Positions 47,874-64,000 of a stretch of 64,000 bases of DNA are shown piece after piece (positions within the stretch are counted from its first letter, which is position 1; every line of letters starts with the position of its first letter). Source of the stretch: the human T2T-CHM13v2.0 reference genome, Homo sapiens; NCBI RefSeq assembly GCF_009914755.1, contig NC_060925.1, one strand, 5' to 3'. A program made the translations under genes and the position numbers. The notes under the pieces are model-generated. The model ran no database searches, was not told the DNA's origin, and was given only the letters and a program-made list of their open reading frames with translations.

Positions 47874-50050
47874 GTATCCTCAGTTCCCTTTGGCTCCCTT
47901 AAGCTCTAAAAATGGATTTGGGCTTGTTGATTTAAATACAAGCACTTTACATTTACTTTGGAAAATATCTCTTGTTGGCAGGGGAGCTATCTAGTCTTCT
48001 AGGTGTTTGCTACGAAAGGTAGACATGAATATTTTGGGAAAGGTTTTACTGTAAATCCCATCTGGAGGCAGGGAAAATAAGTGGTTTAAGAATCTTACCT
48101 TTCCTTTGAGCTCTATAATTCAGTGGAGTTACTTTGCTTCTCTGAACCGTAGTTTCCTCATCTTCCATCATCTAAGATGACTAAATGAGGTGATGTGTGG
48201 AAGGCACCTAGCAAAGTGTGTAATCTGTAATAGCAACTTTAAAGTGTGGCTTTTGTTTCTGTCTCCCCATTCTCTCAGAACATTATTTGCTTGCATTGAG
48301 GGCAACAGCGTAACTGTTAAGAATGGTCTCAAAAGTTGGACTCCGTGAGTTTGAGTCCTGGTACTTTCACTGTACCCATATAGCTATGTGACCTGGGGCA
48401 AACCACTTGGCCTCTTTTGCCCTTAATGTTTTCATGAGTAAACTGAGGATGTTCAGTGGTGCCCCCATCATAGGGTTGTTGTAAGGCCCTCCACACAGTG
48501 TGTGGCACACAATAAGGATTTAATGAATGGTAGCCATTATTATTTTTATATTACATGGATTACCATACTTATAACTTGTCCTTGATACTCATACTGTAAG
48601 TATTAAGAAAAAAACCATAAAAAAGACAGCATTTGAGTTTAAGGCTATTCTGCTCTGTGTGATAGACCAGTAGGATGTGAAAGCAGTTAACCTGAATAGC
48701 CCATTCGAGGGCACATAGGCCTGCTGTCACTAGCACTCGTCCAGAGCCCTGGAACCCCGGCCGTGGCTGGTAACATTTGTGTGCCTCAAGGATGTTCTTT
48801 ATCCACATGTCTTAGCATGTGTGGACTTGCACTTCCTGCTGGGGAGAAGTCAGGGAGGAGAATCACATTTTATCCTGTTGCCATTTTCTTATTTCCCTTG
48901 CTGATAGTAGGCCTCATTCCTCTAGAAATGGAAGACATCTCAGGGTAGAGATGGGAAAGGACCAGCTTACCTTTCTTGTTCAGTGTCTGGTGAATGAATG
49001 ACTTTGCAGTACTCCGAGGCCTCTGGTACTTTTGGTTTAGCAAGGTGGATGGAACCTGGAGAGGCGTTAGCCATTCCTTTGGGCTTCATGTGTCTGTACC
49101 TGGAACTTTATTCTTGCAGTGTCTGTGATGATCTGCGTCAGGAACTCTTTGGTGTTGAATATGCAGTGCTCCCAGAGGGCTTTGCCTTGATTGATGTGGC
49201 TGGTTCTACAAGGGAATAGGACTGGATAAGTGTTCCTCAACAATGCATTTTTTAAAATAAGAATTTTTGACAAACATTTTTATTGTGAAAAAATTCAGAT
49301 ACATCACAGAGAAACAGTATAATGAACCCCCATTTGCCCAGTCCTATAATTCATCACATTTACTTTATGCCTTTTCTTCTTTGCTGAAGTATTTTATTTT
49401 ATGTATTTATTTATTTATTTATTTATTTATTTTTTTTTTTTTTTTGAGACGGAGTCTCGCTCTGTCGCCCAGGCTGGAGTGCAGTGGCGGGATCTTGGCT
49501 CACTGCAACCTCTGCCTCCTGGGTTCAAGCAATTCTCCTGCCTCAGTCTCCTGAGTAGCTGGGATTACAGGTGCGCGCCGCCATGCCCATCTAATTTTGT
49601 AGTTTTAGTAGAGATGGAGTTTAATCATGTTGGTCAGGCTGGTCTCAAACTCCTGACCTCAAGTGGTCTGCCTGCCTCAGTCTCCCAAAGTGCTGGGATT
49701 ACAGGAGTGAGCCACTGCGCGTTGCCTGCTGAAGTATTTTAAAGCAAATTCCAGATATATCATTTCACTCTACATACGTCAGTATTTATTTCTAAAAAAA
49801 CAATGGACATACCACAATGCATTGTCACGTCCAACTAACAAGAATTCCTTGGTATTTTCTAACACCAGTCCATAATCAGATTCTCTGATTGTCTCAAAAA
49901 TGCCCTTTTATTGGTGGATTGTAGAGGAATGAATGGTTTAAGAAACTTCTTGTCTTTCTATTCTGTTGGTCTCTATAATTCAGTAGAATACTGTGCTTTT
50001 GTAAGCCAAAGTTTTCTCATTTACAAAATAAGGAGAATTAAATAAAATGA

Positions 50051-50516
<466 letters not shown>

Positions 50517-52354
50517 TGAATATTTTTGAATCAGGATCCAGGTAAGGTTCCATGTTACATTTGCTGTCATGTCTTTTAAATCTCTTTTAATTATAGTGTA
50601 TCTGCCCCCCTCCAACCCCACCGCCTATTGACTTGTTACAGAAACTGGATTAGTGCCTTGTAGAGTGTCCCACATTTTAGGTTTGTCTGTTTTCTTGTTT
50701 GACTGTTTGACTTCTTTTATCCTCTATTTTAACAAGTGGATGTTAGCTCTAGAGACCCCATCAGATTCAGTTCAGCTTGGTAAGAACATGCCAGAGGGGC
50801 TGCTGAGTGCTTCCTGTTGCATTGAGGCAGGAGGCATACAACGTCTGATCATCATCTGTTAGTGACACTAAGATTCGTGGGAAGAGCTGGTTCAAGTGGT
50901 GGTGGTGGTGGTTGGATTCCTCCAAACAAAGCATTTTTAGACCCAGTGTACATGTTCTTTTGGTAAAATTAAATGACTAGAGGTTTTCATTATTTTTATT
51001 TTATCTTTTTGAGACAGGGTCTTGCCCTATCACCCAGGCTGTAGTGCAGTGGTGCGATCTTGGCCCACTGCAACCTCTACCTCCTGGGTTCAAGCCATTC
51101 TTGTGCTTCTGCCTTCCAAATAGCTGGAATTACAGACACCTGCCACCATGCCCAGCTAGTTTTTCTGTTTTTAGTAGAGACGGGGTTTCATCATGTTGGC
51201 CAGGCTGGTCTTGAACTCCTGACCTCAAGTGATCATCCTGCCTCTGCCTCCCAAAGTGCTGGGATTACAGGTGTGAGCCACTGCATCCAGCTGACTAGAG
51301 GTTTTTAATTTCCCCATGATGATCTCGCCTTGAGATTCCTTCTGTGCCTGGGTCAGTGTCAGAAATCATACTGCAAGGGAACTGGAGTTCCCCCCACAAA
51401 GTCATTGCTCCAGCTATAGTAACCCATTGCTTTTTCTCTGTCTTCTTCTGTAAATGATTTTTTTTCTTCCTTTCCTTCTATTACATTCCTTTTTTCTTTT
51501 CCCATCTTTTTATCCTCCTGATTATTCATGCACCAGACATTTCTTGAGTACCTACTTTGTGGCAGGCACTGAAGACAAAGGGGTGAAGGCATGGTCCTTG
51601 CTGTTAAGGAGTGGAGGGTGTGAATTGAAGATTAAATCTGCTCTCAGTCTTTTCCTCACTCCTTCCTTCTCTTCCATCAGTGTTTTGTCCCCTGTGATGT
51701 TACTCAAAGCAAAAAAGGTTGTTGGGAACTGACTCAACAAATCCTAGACATATAAGATCTTTTTAATAGTTACAATTACAATATTGCATTATGAAATTTA
51801 TTTGTTACAAAGAATGCTACTTCCAAGACAGGGGATTTTTTCTTCTATTTGTAGTTGTCCCTAGGAAAGAAAATCTTTGATTATGGCTTTTAGGTGAAGT
51901 CTCAGTTGGTTAATGGTGGGCTTCTATTAAATATTTGTTCAGAGGCAGTAAATGGGATTCTAAATCATATTTATCATTTTGTTTTGAAAAATTTATCAAA
52001 ATGAGATTTAATGGATCTGTTTGAGTTACTATAGAATTGTATAATATTAATGATGAATGCCAAAATGAGAAAAATTATTTTTATAATGTAAAGCATCTCA
52101 TGAACAGAAAATAGACAAGGCAAGCATAGAGAAGGCACCACAGAAACTGAAATTTAGACTGTCCAGTCTCCGCCCTGTCCTCAGGTCGTGGTTTCTCTGG
52201 CTTAAGAAAGCTGAAGTGAAATTGGCATTGTTAAAAGCATTACCTTCAAGTTTCCCAAGCCTTTTTGCATTTTCCTTGATTGCTCTGCCGTTTTCCTGAA
52301 AGATACCTTTTCTCCCCAGTAATATTGGCCTTGCTTTATCTTGTCTGTTCCTAG

Positions 52355-52445
52355 GTTCATTCACTTTCTCTAGTGCTGAATAAGACCACCAGTGAGCTTG
52401 CCAAAGCAAATGTGTCCAAATTAGTAGCACACCTGGAAATGATTG
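52355..52445 (+). CDS. VPS13D: VPS13D exon 22 (91 nt): VHSLSLVLNKTTSELAKANVSKLVAHLEMI(E)
   Basis: gttcctag|GTTCAT ... ATTG|gtaagt. Confidence 0.93.
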
Positions 52446-52929
52446 GTAAGTGGTGGGGGGTGGAGGGAAGCAAACTTGCAAAATCTGGTCAGCATTTGAA
52501 CATTGTGATCACAAATTGATTGTCCTCACGTGCTGAGTAAGGTGTGGCAGTGGCTTGATTGTGGTTATTAGTCTGGCCAGGATTCATGGTGGTGGTTCCC
52601 AAATGCTGGCTTATGGATCAGAATCATCTGGATAGCTTGTTAAAAGTGCAGGTGTTGGCACAGCCTCTTCCCTCCTCCTGTCTCTCATCTCCTTCCCAAG
52701 AATCTGATTAAGTTGAGATGGAGCCCTGGTGTCTATCTGTGTTTTCAACAGACTCTATCTAGGGTGCCCATATAACTTTTTTTTGGTTCAAATTGGGATA
52801 TTTTTGAGAGTTAAAGGGGACATCATTAATATAATTACCCCTAGAAAACGGGCATACAACAGGGCTGTCTCTGGGAAACCAGAGGATATGACTGCATCTA
52901 GAGTCATAAATTGGGGGAGCTACCAGTAG

Positions 52930-53325
<396 letters not shown>

Positions 53326-55129
53326 TGATCAACTACATCAGGTTCTAAATAGTAGGATTTTAAAAAAATAATATTTTAACTTATTTTTTTAAACTATAGA
53401 GACAGGGTTTCGCCATGTTGGCCAGACTGGTTTCAAACTCCTGGACTCAAACCATCCATCCACTTTGGCCTCCCAAAGTGCTGGGATTACAGGCGTGAGC
53501 CACCGTACCCAGCCTTTAGTAGAGATTTATGAAATGTGAAGTAAAACATTTTTCCTTTCCTAATTATCAAAGATTACAAAGCTCATGTTGATGCTGTAGT
53601 AAAAACAAGAATGTCTTTTGGGGAAGGAATGAACTGAGGCTGAGGTTTCATGCCTTGTGCAATTATTTTAGAAAAGCTTCTTAGAGGAGATTGGCTTTTT
53701 TTTTTTTTTCCTTCTTACAGCGTATTCCTGTTAATGGCCTTTAAGATTGGTAAAAGCTTGGTTATTTTTGTTAGAAGACATTAGGTATCTAAAATAAGTA
53801 TGTGGCTGGGCACGGTGGCTCACGCCTGTAATCCTAGCACTTTGGGAGGCTGAGGTCAGGAGTTTGAGACAAGCCTGGGCAACATAGTGAGACCTCATCT
53901 CTACAAAAATAGTAAAAATTAACCAGTTGTGATGGCCAGTGCCTGTAGTCCCAGCGACTCAGGAGGCTGAGGTGGTTGGATTGCTTGAGCCTGGAAGGTC
54001 AAGGCTGCAGTGAGCCATGATTGTGCCACTGCACTGTAGCCTGGGCGACAGAGTGAGACCCTGTCTCAAAAAATAAAAAAAAAAATTGTGTTTTCAATTC
54101 ATTGGGAGCTGAACTAGCATGCCAAATATACCTTAGTAATTGTTTTATCACGATAATTATGATAATAAATTTTGTTTTACAGAGGCAACGGTTCAGAATA
54201 TTCCTTTTTAGTATCCATACAGTGTTAATAATGACTCATTATAGATTCACATTCTAGTCGTACATGTTTCAGTCACGTCTTCTTTCTTCTTTCCACCTTC
54301 CAGAAACTTCACTCATATATCAGAGTAGTTTCAAATCTGTGTCTCCAGTGCCTATCTACCTCATTAATTTTGGTCTTTCATTAAATCATACTAAAACATG
54401 CTTAATGTTGCTTGAATACCTAACATGTTTCTGACACGTCCTCCTTTATTCTTTTATCCAGAGTATAATTAATAGACCTAATGATGTTTATTTCTAGTTA
54501 GTGGTCTCATCTCAGAAAGCATCAAGTTTCTGTCTGTATTTATAAAGGTTTTATCCTTTAAATATGTAATGTTGCCGGGCGCGGTGGCTCACACCTGTAA
54601 TCCTAGCATTTTGGGAGGCCAAGGCGGGCGGATCATGAGGTCAGGAGATCGAGACCATCCTGGCTAACACGGTGAAACCCCGTCTCTACTAAAAATACAG
54701 AAAATTAGTCAGGCATGGTGGTGGGCACCTGTAGTCCCAGCTACTCGGCGGGGCTGAGGCAGGAGAATGGCGTGAACCCGGGAGGCAGAACTTGCAGTGA
54801 CCCCAGATCGCGCCACTGTACTCCAGCCTGGGCGACAGAGCTAGACTCTGTCTAAAAAAAAAAAAAAAATGTAATGTTGCTGTATTATTTCAGTCCCCTT
54901 TGGACTTCTGCATTGAGACTTTTTTTTTCCTTTTTTGCATTGAGACTTTGTTTTAAATATTGCATAAAATATTTTTTGGGGTATATTGGAATATGAAAAT
55001 TTGCTTTTGAGGTTTGATTACAAAGTGAAAAGTCTGAGGCATGTGTATACCAGCTTTTGTTCCAGACATATTTAAGTTGTGTGACAAAAAAGGATACATA
55101 GTAATGTGTTCTAACTTTATCATCCCTAG

Positions 55130-55256
55130 AGGGAGACCTGGCCTTACAGGGCAGCATTGGGAGTCTGTCTCTAAGTGACCTCACATGCCATGGAGAGTTC
55201 TACAGAGAACGGTTCACTACCAGTGGTGAAGAAGCACTCATCTTCCAGACTTTTAA
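55130..55256 (+). CDS. VPS13D: VPS13D exon 23 (127 nt): GDLALQGSIGSLSLSDLT...ALIFQTF(K)
   Basis: atccctag|AGGGA ... TTTAA|gtaaaa. Confidence 0.93.
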
Positions 55257-56107
55257 GTAAAAATGTCAATCTTTTTCTGACTTGATATTTTATCATAATA
55301 CTTGCTGTTTCAGATTCTTGTTGGCTAGACAATAAAGAAAACTTTTAAAAATTTTTACCTTCTTAGAGGTGAAATTGAGAAGTTATGGTTATGAGGAGTT
55401 CTTCCTGACTTTAAATTTCATTAAAATGGATCTGTGTTGAAGTGGGCTACTTAAAGCTTCATAAACAGATGGGGTATGAGTTAGGTGCGGTGGGTCATGC
55501 CTGTAATCTAAGCTCTTTGGGAGGCCAAGGCAGATGGATTGCTTAAAGCCAGGAGTTCGAGACCACCCTTGGCAACATAGACACTGTCTCTATAGAAGAA
55601 AAAAGCCGTCTGTGTGTGGTGGTATGCAACTGTAGTTCTAGCTACTTGAGAGGCTGAGGTGGGAGGATCCCTTAATCCCAGGAGTTGGAGGCTGCAGTGA
55701 GCCATGACTGTGCTACTGCACTCCAGCCTGGGTGATGGAGGGGGGCCTTGTCTCAACACACACACGCACACCCACCCCAGATAGGGTATGATTGAATATT
55801 TCTGATTATTAAAAGCCCTGGGCTCTCTTGCTGGTTTTCCACGAACTTGGTGTATGTCCTGAGACAAGTCATGCAGTCTTCGTGCATCAGTTTTTCTATA
55901 TATTAAGGGGACTGAATCATTAGAACATTTCTGAGCTTCCATGTAGCTCTAAAAGTTCTGGAATGATTTCAGCCTCAGAAGGTTGTTGAGGTTATGAGTT
56001 CATTATGCATTTTTGTTTATAAACATGATCTATATTGAATTGTTTCTATGTTAGATTTTAGAAAGGGATCTTCAGGCATGGCTGGTTATTAAAGAATTAT
56101 TTTCTCA

Positions 56108-56456
<349 letters not shown>

Positions 56457-56551
56457 TCAACCCTTTTTTTTTTCTTTTTTTTAATCTAAGAGGTATTAGA
56501 AAATATAGATGTCCAGGTCTGCCTCTACATATTCTGATTTAATTGGTCTAG

Positions 56552-56758
<207 letters not shown>

Positions 56759-57655
56759 TAGGGTTTCACCATGTTGCCCAGGCTGGTCTCAAACTCCTGA
56801 ACTCAGGCAGTCTACCGGCCTCGGCCTCCCAAAGTGTTGGGATTACAGGCGTGAGCCACCGTGCCTGGCCAGTGTGTGTGTTTTTTTTAAAATGCTGATG
56901 TTCAACCAAGGTTGAGAAAAACTGTTTCAAGAAGATATCTGAGGGCTTTTTCATTTTTAGGGGGTTATATGGTACCCTGCTGAGAATGGATTTGTTTGTG
57001 TTCTATACCTTGGTGTCATGAAGTCCGATAATTAATGTAAAATTCTCAATTTCCCGCCTAGCCCAAAATAAGTACTCAGCAATGTTGGTTGACTGTGTCC
57101 TATTTAATAATATTTTTATGGCACCATGCTCCATTAAACTCAGAACAATTTGTAGAAGTCTTCTAATTTATCTTCGACTATAGATTCCAGAACTCTTTGA
57201 CTTACATTTGACTAAGTAAAAAGATGTCTTTCTGCCTCTAGAAGACAGTTTTTCCTAGAAACATTGATTCTGATGCCTAATTTTCTTTACCCATTAATTC
57301 ATGGACTTATTTTTATTGTTTTTCACACATCCTCACAATCTTTGCCAGGAACATGGTGAGCAGGAATACTTACCTTTCAGGGCAGGGAGAAAGGTCAGAG
57401 CCTCAGGTGGCCTCTGAGTGACCTCAGTGCTAGAGCTGTCCACCTGTTTATACTCCTGGCTATCACACCTTTATCCCATCACAGAAGCTTACAAAAGGAG
57501 TAATTATTAGAGTTTGCTTTGTAAAGCCTAATTTTGGATTTCCATTTAATAATTAAAGCTGGTTTTAGGGAAGCCCCTAAACCAACCTGAGTTTTCTTGA
57601 AATACTAACTTGTGTCTTGCTGTTATCTGAGTCACACTTTTATCCTAATTTTTAG

Positions 57656-57836
57656 ATACGGACGGCCTGACCCTCTGCTCCGGAGAGAACACGACATTCG
57701 CGTGAGCCTCCGGATGGCCTCTGTGCAGTATGTGCATACTCAGCGTTTCCAGGCAGAGGTGGTGGCCTTCATTCAGCATTTCACTCAGCTGCAGGATGTC
57801 TTAGGGCGCCAGCGAGCTGCTATTGAGGGGCAGACG
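57656..57836 (+). CDS. VPS13D: VPS13D exon 24 (181 nt): YGRPDPLLRREHDIRV...RAAIEGQT
   Basis: tttttag|ATACG ... CAGACG|gtaggt. Confidence 0.95.
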
Positions 57837-58169
57837 GTAGGTAGCCTGGGCCCTCCAAGCTGCTTTTCCAGTTTGACTGATCAGTAGAACTTTTAGGCCT
57901 CTAGAGATGAATCTGGAAGAGTAAAGGTAAGTTATCCTTGCTAATATGTTCTCCGTGTAGATTAGCTACAGACATCTTTGTGTAATTGAAGAGCTTTGTT
58001 CCTTATTTATTGTATCTCACTTAAATTACCTTCAAACTTTAGCTTTCACTTTCTGTAAAAAAAGATAAGGGAGGTTTACAAAGAACACTTAAGACTTCTG
58101 GTCCCTTTTAGGACTTCAGTGGGGATGTTTCTCTTGGAAAGTGGTAGGTTTTTTCTAAATGCAGTAGAT

Positions 58170-59012
<843 letters not shown>

Positions 59013-59091
59013 GAAAATAACAATGTACTTTTGTAACAACGTGTTATTTTTCCTTTTTTAAAAAAACTTTATGGCCAGGCGTGGTGGCTCA

Positions 59092-59352
<261 letters not shown>

Positions 59353-59799
59353 TCAAAAAAAAAAAAAAAAAACAAAACTTTATTAGGTAAAAGATTATAA
59401 TTTAATAAATAGATACTTTATAGTGGCAGCATTTTTAAAAATTACATTTTAATTTAAATAAAAAATGTTTGACTTGGTAGATATTGATTTGGTACAGTAG
59501 CAAAGTGAAAAAGGGCATTTGGAGAAAAGTCTCCTCAATTATTTTTCTCCAACTGTCTAGTTTCTCTCTCTGGAAGCAACGAGTGCTGTCGGTTTCCTGT
59601 GTATCTTCCAGAGAATGTATTTTTAAAAAATATACAAGTAGCATAATCAAATGATAGAAAATCTGGAAAAAAGAATCATACTAGTATCTCTGCACTATAG
59701 CATGTTTTAATTTGTTTCTGTTGTTTTCTATACATTTTTCTCTGAATTTGCTCATGGAATATATAACCTTTTTTTCTTTCTTTAACAACTCAAAAAAAA

Positions 59800-60900
59800 T
59801 TTAGCGTTTTACACCTATAAAAGATTATCTGTAGCATGTATATATGTCACAGAGTATCATAATAAGATGAACATCTGTGAACCCACCTCTAACTAAAAAT
59901 TAAAGCATCAGGAAGACAGCTGCCTGCATATGCTGTGTTCCTTCCCTATTCCGTTCCCCTGTCAACTCCTCGTGGAACCACTCTGGTGATTTTTGGGTCT
60001 ATAAGATCCTTTAAAATTAAAAAGAAAAAATTTCTAAACGGTATCTTTTGCTTTGCTTGTGATCTTTATAAAAATGGTATTAAACCGTATTTAATGTTCC
60101 TTGACTTGCTTTTCCCCCCATTTAGTGTGTTGATAAGATTCATTCATATTGTTACATACGATAGCATTTATTTTTACCATTGCATTTCATTCTGTGTATA
60201 AATGATTTATCCATTTTCCTTTGGAACACTTGGGCTGTTTACAGTGTTTAGCTCTTATGTACTGTGAGTCCTGATGCACATACTTGAGACTTTCTCTGAT
60301 CTCTGAGATACCTGGCAGTGGAATTACTGAGCCATAGGGTGTGCGCACATTTCTCTTCACTAGATAAAGCCAGATCGTTTTCCAAAACAGCTGTCTCAAT
60401 GATAGTCTCCCATCAGCAGTGTATAATAATTTCTTTTAATTCATATCTTTGCCAACACTCTTATTGTCAGACTTTTTATTTGATATAAAATGATATTACA
60501 TTTATGGTCTGCATATGCTTTTATAAAATAATTTAGATTGAGAAATAGCATACAGTGTATCAAGTATGTAAAACACTGTAATTTTATACATGCACTTTTA
60601 GAATCCAGCTATTTTTCCTAGCCTTTTTTAGAATCTTTTTCCATCTTGCTTTGCATTTTTCATAGATATCCTATGTAGCAACTATATAATCTATTAGTTT
60701 AACCATTTTCCTATTTTTAACATTTAAATTGCTTTCAGCTTTTCATTCTTATGACTAATGCTTCCATGAATATCTTTACAGAAGTGAAGTTTTTTTTTCA
60801 CTTTTTGAATTATGTTTACAGTATTGATTCCTACAAATGGTACTGTTTTATCAAAGTTATGAACATTTTTGTGACTTTCAGTATGACTCTGCTAAATGTT
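59800..60900 (-). mobile_element. Old L1ME-like fragments
   Basis: agatacctggcagtggaattactgagccatagg...ttttccaaaacagctgt...cccatcagcagtgtat. Confidence 0.6.
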
Positions 60901-63333
60901 TTCTGTTAGAATTGTTGTGTGCATTTAAAACAGTTATTTTTACATGTGTGGTTGAAACAGTGGTAAGTCTTATGGTGGTGAATCATTTGGGTTAGGAAAC
61001 GAGATACTTGTATATTACTGAGTAATTGGGTTTAACTTCCTGGGTTAAGCAGAGTTGAACAATAAGTCTCAAGTTTTGCTTTATCAAATTATATAAGACA
61101 AGTAGGAGGTTAAAGGAATGTCTTTCTATTTTGAACATTGTTCAATATGTAGGCTTTGAAGAGAAGCTGATCTTCTCAAGAATCTTTAATTCTAGCTGTT
61201 TGAATTAGGTTTATATAGAGCTAAGATCTACTTTTATTTGTCGATAAGATTAAGAGGCTATTTTGTTTGAAATTTAAATTTCTTTCACCTTGTATTGGTG
61301 ACACGTGTTTTTGACATGTAGCTGGGTTTTTATTCCTACATTTTCTGAGGTCTGTAAATAATGATTCAGTGGAACTTTGAATTTCTTTGTATTCTTAATG
61401 TTTGAAATTTTAAGAGTATCAGTTATACCAGATGTGTTTGGCCAAATATAAATTATTTCCCATATATTTTACCCCAGAAGTATGATGCAGTTTTTCTATG
61501 CCTTCCACTTTACATGTAACCTCTTATATTTGTTACACTTCTTCATTCACCTAGCAACTGGTATAGTAAAGTAATGCTGTGCGTTAGAAATCTTGGGACA
61601 AATATCTTGAGTGGGTTTTGCTTCCATTAGCTATGTGACCATCAGGGAGTTATTTTTCTTACTATTCTTCCCTTGACTCAGTTATAGTAGGAATACGGAG
61701 ATAGCAGAATTAAGTAGCCTGTACTTTTGGCAATAATTATTTATATTAATGATGCTTTGGAGTTTTCAAAGTGCTTTCCTACACATTATCTCATTTGATC
61801 CTTATAACAACCCTGTTTGTTCATTTCTTCAGTAATTTAGGAATGAGTGTGTCATGCAGCTTGCCAGGTGCTAGGAACAGAGTGGAAAACAAGAAAGACA
61901 AGGTCATTGCCTTCATGGAGTTTATATTTCAGTGGGAGGATATAATCAAGGAAAAAAAGATAATTAGTTATGATAATACCTAATGAGGCGGTGGTCGGCA
62001 GATGTGTTACTTTCATTTTATAAGTGAGGAAACATTGTTAACTCTTAGCCCTGGTTGTCTGGCTCATGATTCAGTGTTTTTTCCATTAACATATAACTGA
62101 ACGCATGTTCAAGATGTAAGTGCTAGTCAGGATGCCTGTATATATATAAATACATAGCTGTGTGTACAGGAAAAAAAGACTGAAAAGATATGGTGTTGAT
62201 GTGGTAATAATAATAGCTGTTACATTTTCACCTCAGTTTCTGGGTGTATTGTCTCATTTAATCCCTATACCTCTTTGAGGTAGGGCTTATGGCTTATTAT
62301 TATTCCCATTTTATAGATAAGGAAACGGAGGCACAGAGACTTTAACGACTTAACCAAGATAACCAAGCTACTAAGTGGCCAGGGGTTTATTAGTTTTATC
62401 TTTTAAAATAACCAACTTATTCAGGCCTGTATTATGGCCGAGGCATACTCTCAGCCAATAGACCACCTGTTCTTATAAAGAGGATATGTTCTGGGCTGGG
62501 CACGCTCACACCTGTAATCCCAGCACTTTGGGAGGCCAAGACGGGTGGATCACATGAGGCCGGGAGTTTGAGACCAGTCTGGCCAACATGGTGAAACCCC
62601 ATCTCTCCTAAAAATACAAAAAATAGCTGGGCGTTGTGGCACGTGCCCGTAATCCCAGCTACTCGGGAGGCTGAGGCATGAGAATCTCACTTGAGGCCAG
62701 GAGGTGGAGTTTGTAGTGAGCTGAAATTGTGCCACTGTACTCCAGCCTGGGCAACACAGCAAGACTCTGTCTCAAAAAAAAAAAAAAAGTATGTTCTGTG
62801 GTTTTTGGGTGCAGTCATATTCTATAAATGTTTAATTGATTTTTCTCTGATTGTCGGTTTCCTATATCATTGACTTATGCTTTTTATTTTCTTCCTTCTA
62901 CTTCAGATTTAATTTACTTTTCTTTTTCCAGCTTCTTAAGGTGGAAGCTTTCAATTACTGATTTTTAAGTCTTTATTGCTTTCTAAAGTCGTGGTGTAAA
63001 TTTCTCTCTAAGCATAGTTTTAAGTGTATCCCACAAATTTTAATGTATTATGTCTTCCTTATCATTTTAGTGAAAATATTTTTCTGTTTCCCTTGTGATT
63101 TCTTCTGACCTAGGGGTTATTTAGAAGTGTGTAGTTTACTTTCCAAATATTTGGGGATTTTCCATTATCTTCTTGTTACTGACTTCCAGTTTAACTCCAT
63201 GGTGGTCATAGAATATGCTCTGTATGATTTTAATTGTTTTATAAACTCACGAAACTTTTGGGAACCTGAGGTTATTTGGTGGTAAAATTAGGGAATTAAT
63301 TATCCTCTGAGTCAGTTTTCCTTCCTCTTTCAG

Positions 63334-63516
63334 GTGAGAGATCAAGCCCAGCGCTGTTCACGGGTTCTCCTGGATATTGAGGCTGGTGCTCCCGTTCTCT
63401 TGATCCCAGAAAGTTCCAGATCAAATAATCTGATTGTAGCAAATTTGGGGAAGTTGAAAGTCAAAAATAAGTTTCTGTTTGCTGGTTTTCCTGGCACCTT
63501 TTCCCTACAAGATAAG
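63334..63516 (+). CDS. VPS13D: VPS13D exon 25 (183 nt): VRDQAQRCSRVLLDIEAGAPVLLIP...FSLQDK
   Basis: ctctttcag|GTGAGA ... GATAAG|gtgagc. Confidence 0.95.
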
Positions 63517-63638
63517 GTGAGCAATCAGTATCCATTTCCTTTTCCGTTCAGCTAGTATTTGATCACTAATTGAAAAATTTGTATGCTGCTGTAAGATGAT
63601 CCATAATTGCTATTACTTTTGTAGGGTATGTGGCTTGA

Positions 63639-63815
63639 AGAATTTTTTTTGGCATTTTATTGATATTTCAGTTAACCTTATGAATTGAGGTAGTGTAAAT
63701 TATAACTCTTAGTAAATGTAGGTAGTAGAATTTTTTTTGACATTTTATTGATATTTCAATTAACCTTATGAATTGAGGTAGTGTAAATTATAACTCTTAG
63801 TAAATGTAGGTAGTA
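63639..63815. repeat. Tandem duplication, 2 x 88 bp (2 mismatches)
   Basis: agaattttttttg(g/a)cattttattgatatttca(g/a)ttaacc...aaatgtaggtagt at 63639 and 63727. Confidence 0.95.
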
Positions 63816-64000
63816 ACTTGTTTTAGCAAACAAACCAATGGAATCAACCTTCCATCTTTTTATAATGCTTTCTTTATATAAAAGCATTCCTTCTATAATA
63901 TAAACGTTTTAGACTCTGTGGCTTTTTTCAGAGGACGTGATTGGCCCGTGGTTTACTTGAAGCCATTTAAAAATGTCTTAATAATAACATCTGTACAGTA

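Overview
This is primate (almost certainly human) genomic DNA lying entirely inside VPS13D, the bridge-like lipid-transfer gene on 1p36, on the + strand. I traced 23 consecutive coding exons from 6649 to 63516. They splice into one open frame, about codons 33-2072. Exon numbers 3-25 and residue numbers are inferred from the recalled N-terminus (97 coding nt lie upstream of the window). The exons include two very long internal exons (2214 and 1032 nt) and one GC-AG intron. The introns are dense with Alu elements, TcMar-Tigger and hAT-Charlie DNA transposon fossils (including a near full-length Tigger1), LTR solos, and L1/L2/MIR remnants. There are no prokaryotic features and no evidence for a new gene. 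The best leads are regulatory and all untested: (1) an Alu-bracketed 2214-nt symmetric exon whose back-splice would give a stop-free circular ORF; (2) i/i+4/i+8 phospho-relay motifs, one ending on the phospho-FFAT threonine; (3) a perfect 4x85-bp tandem repeat inside an ancient MER58; (4) several atypical splice signals. Repeat family names are from recalled consensus sequences and boundaries are approximate.
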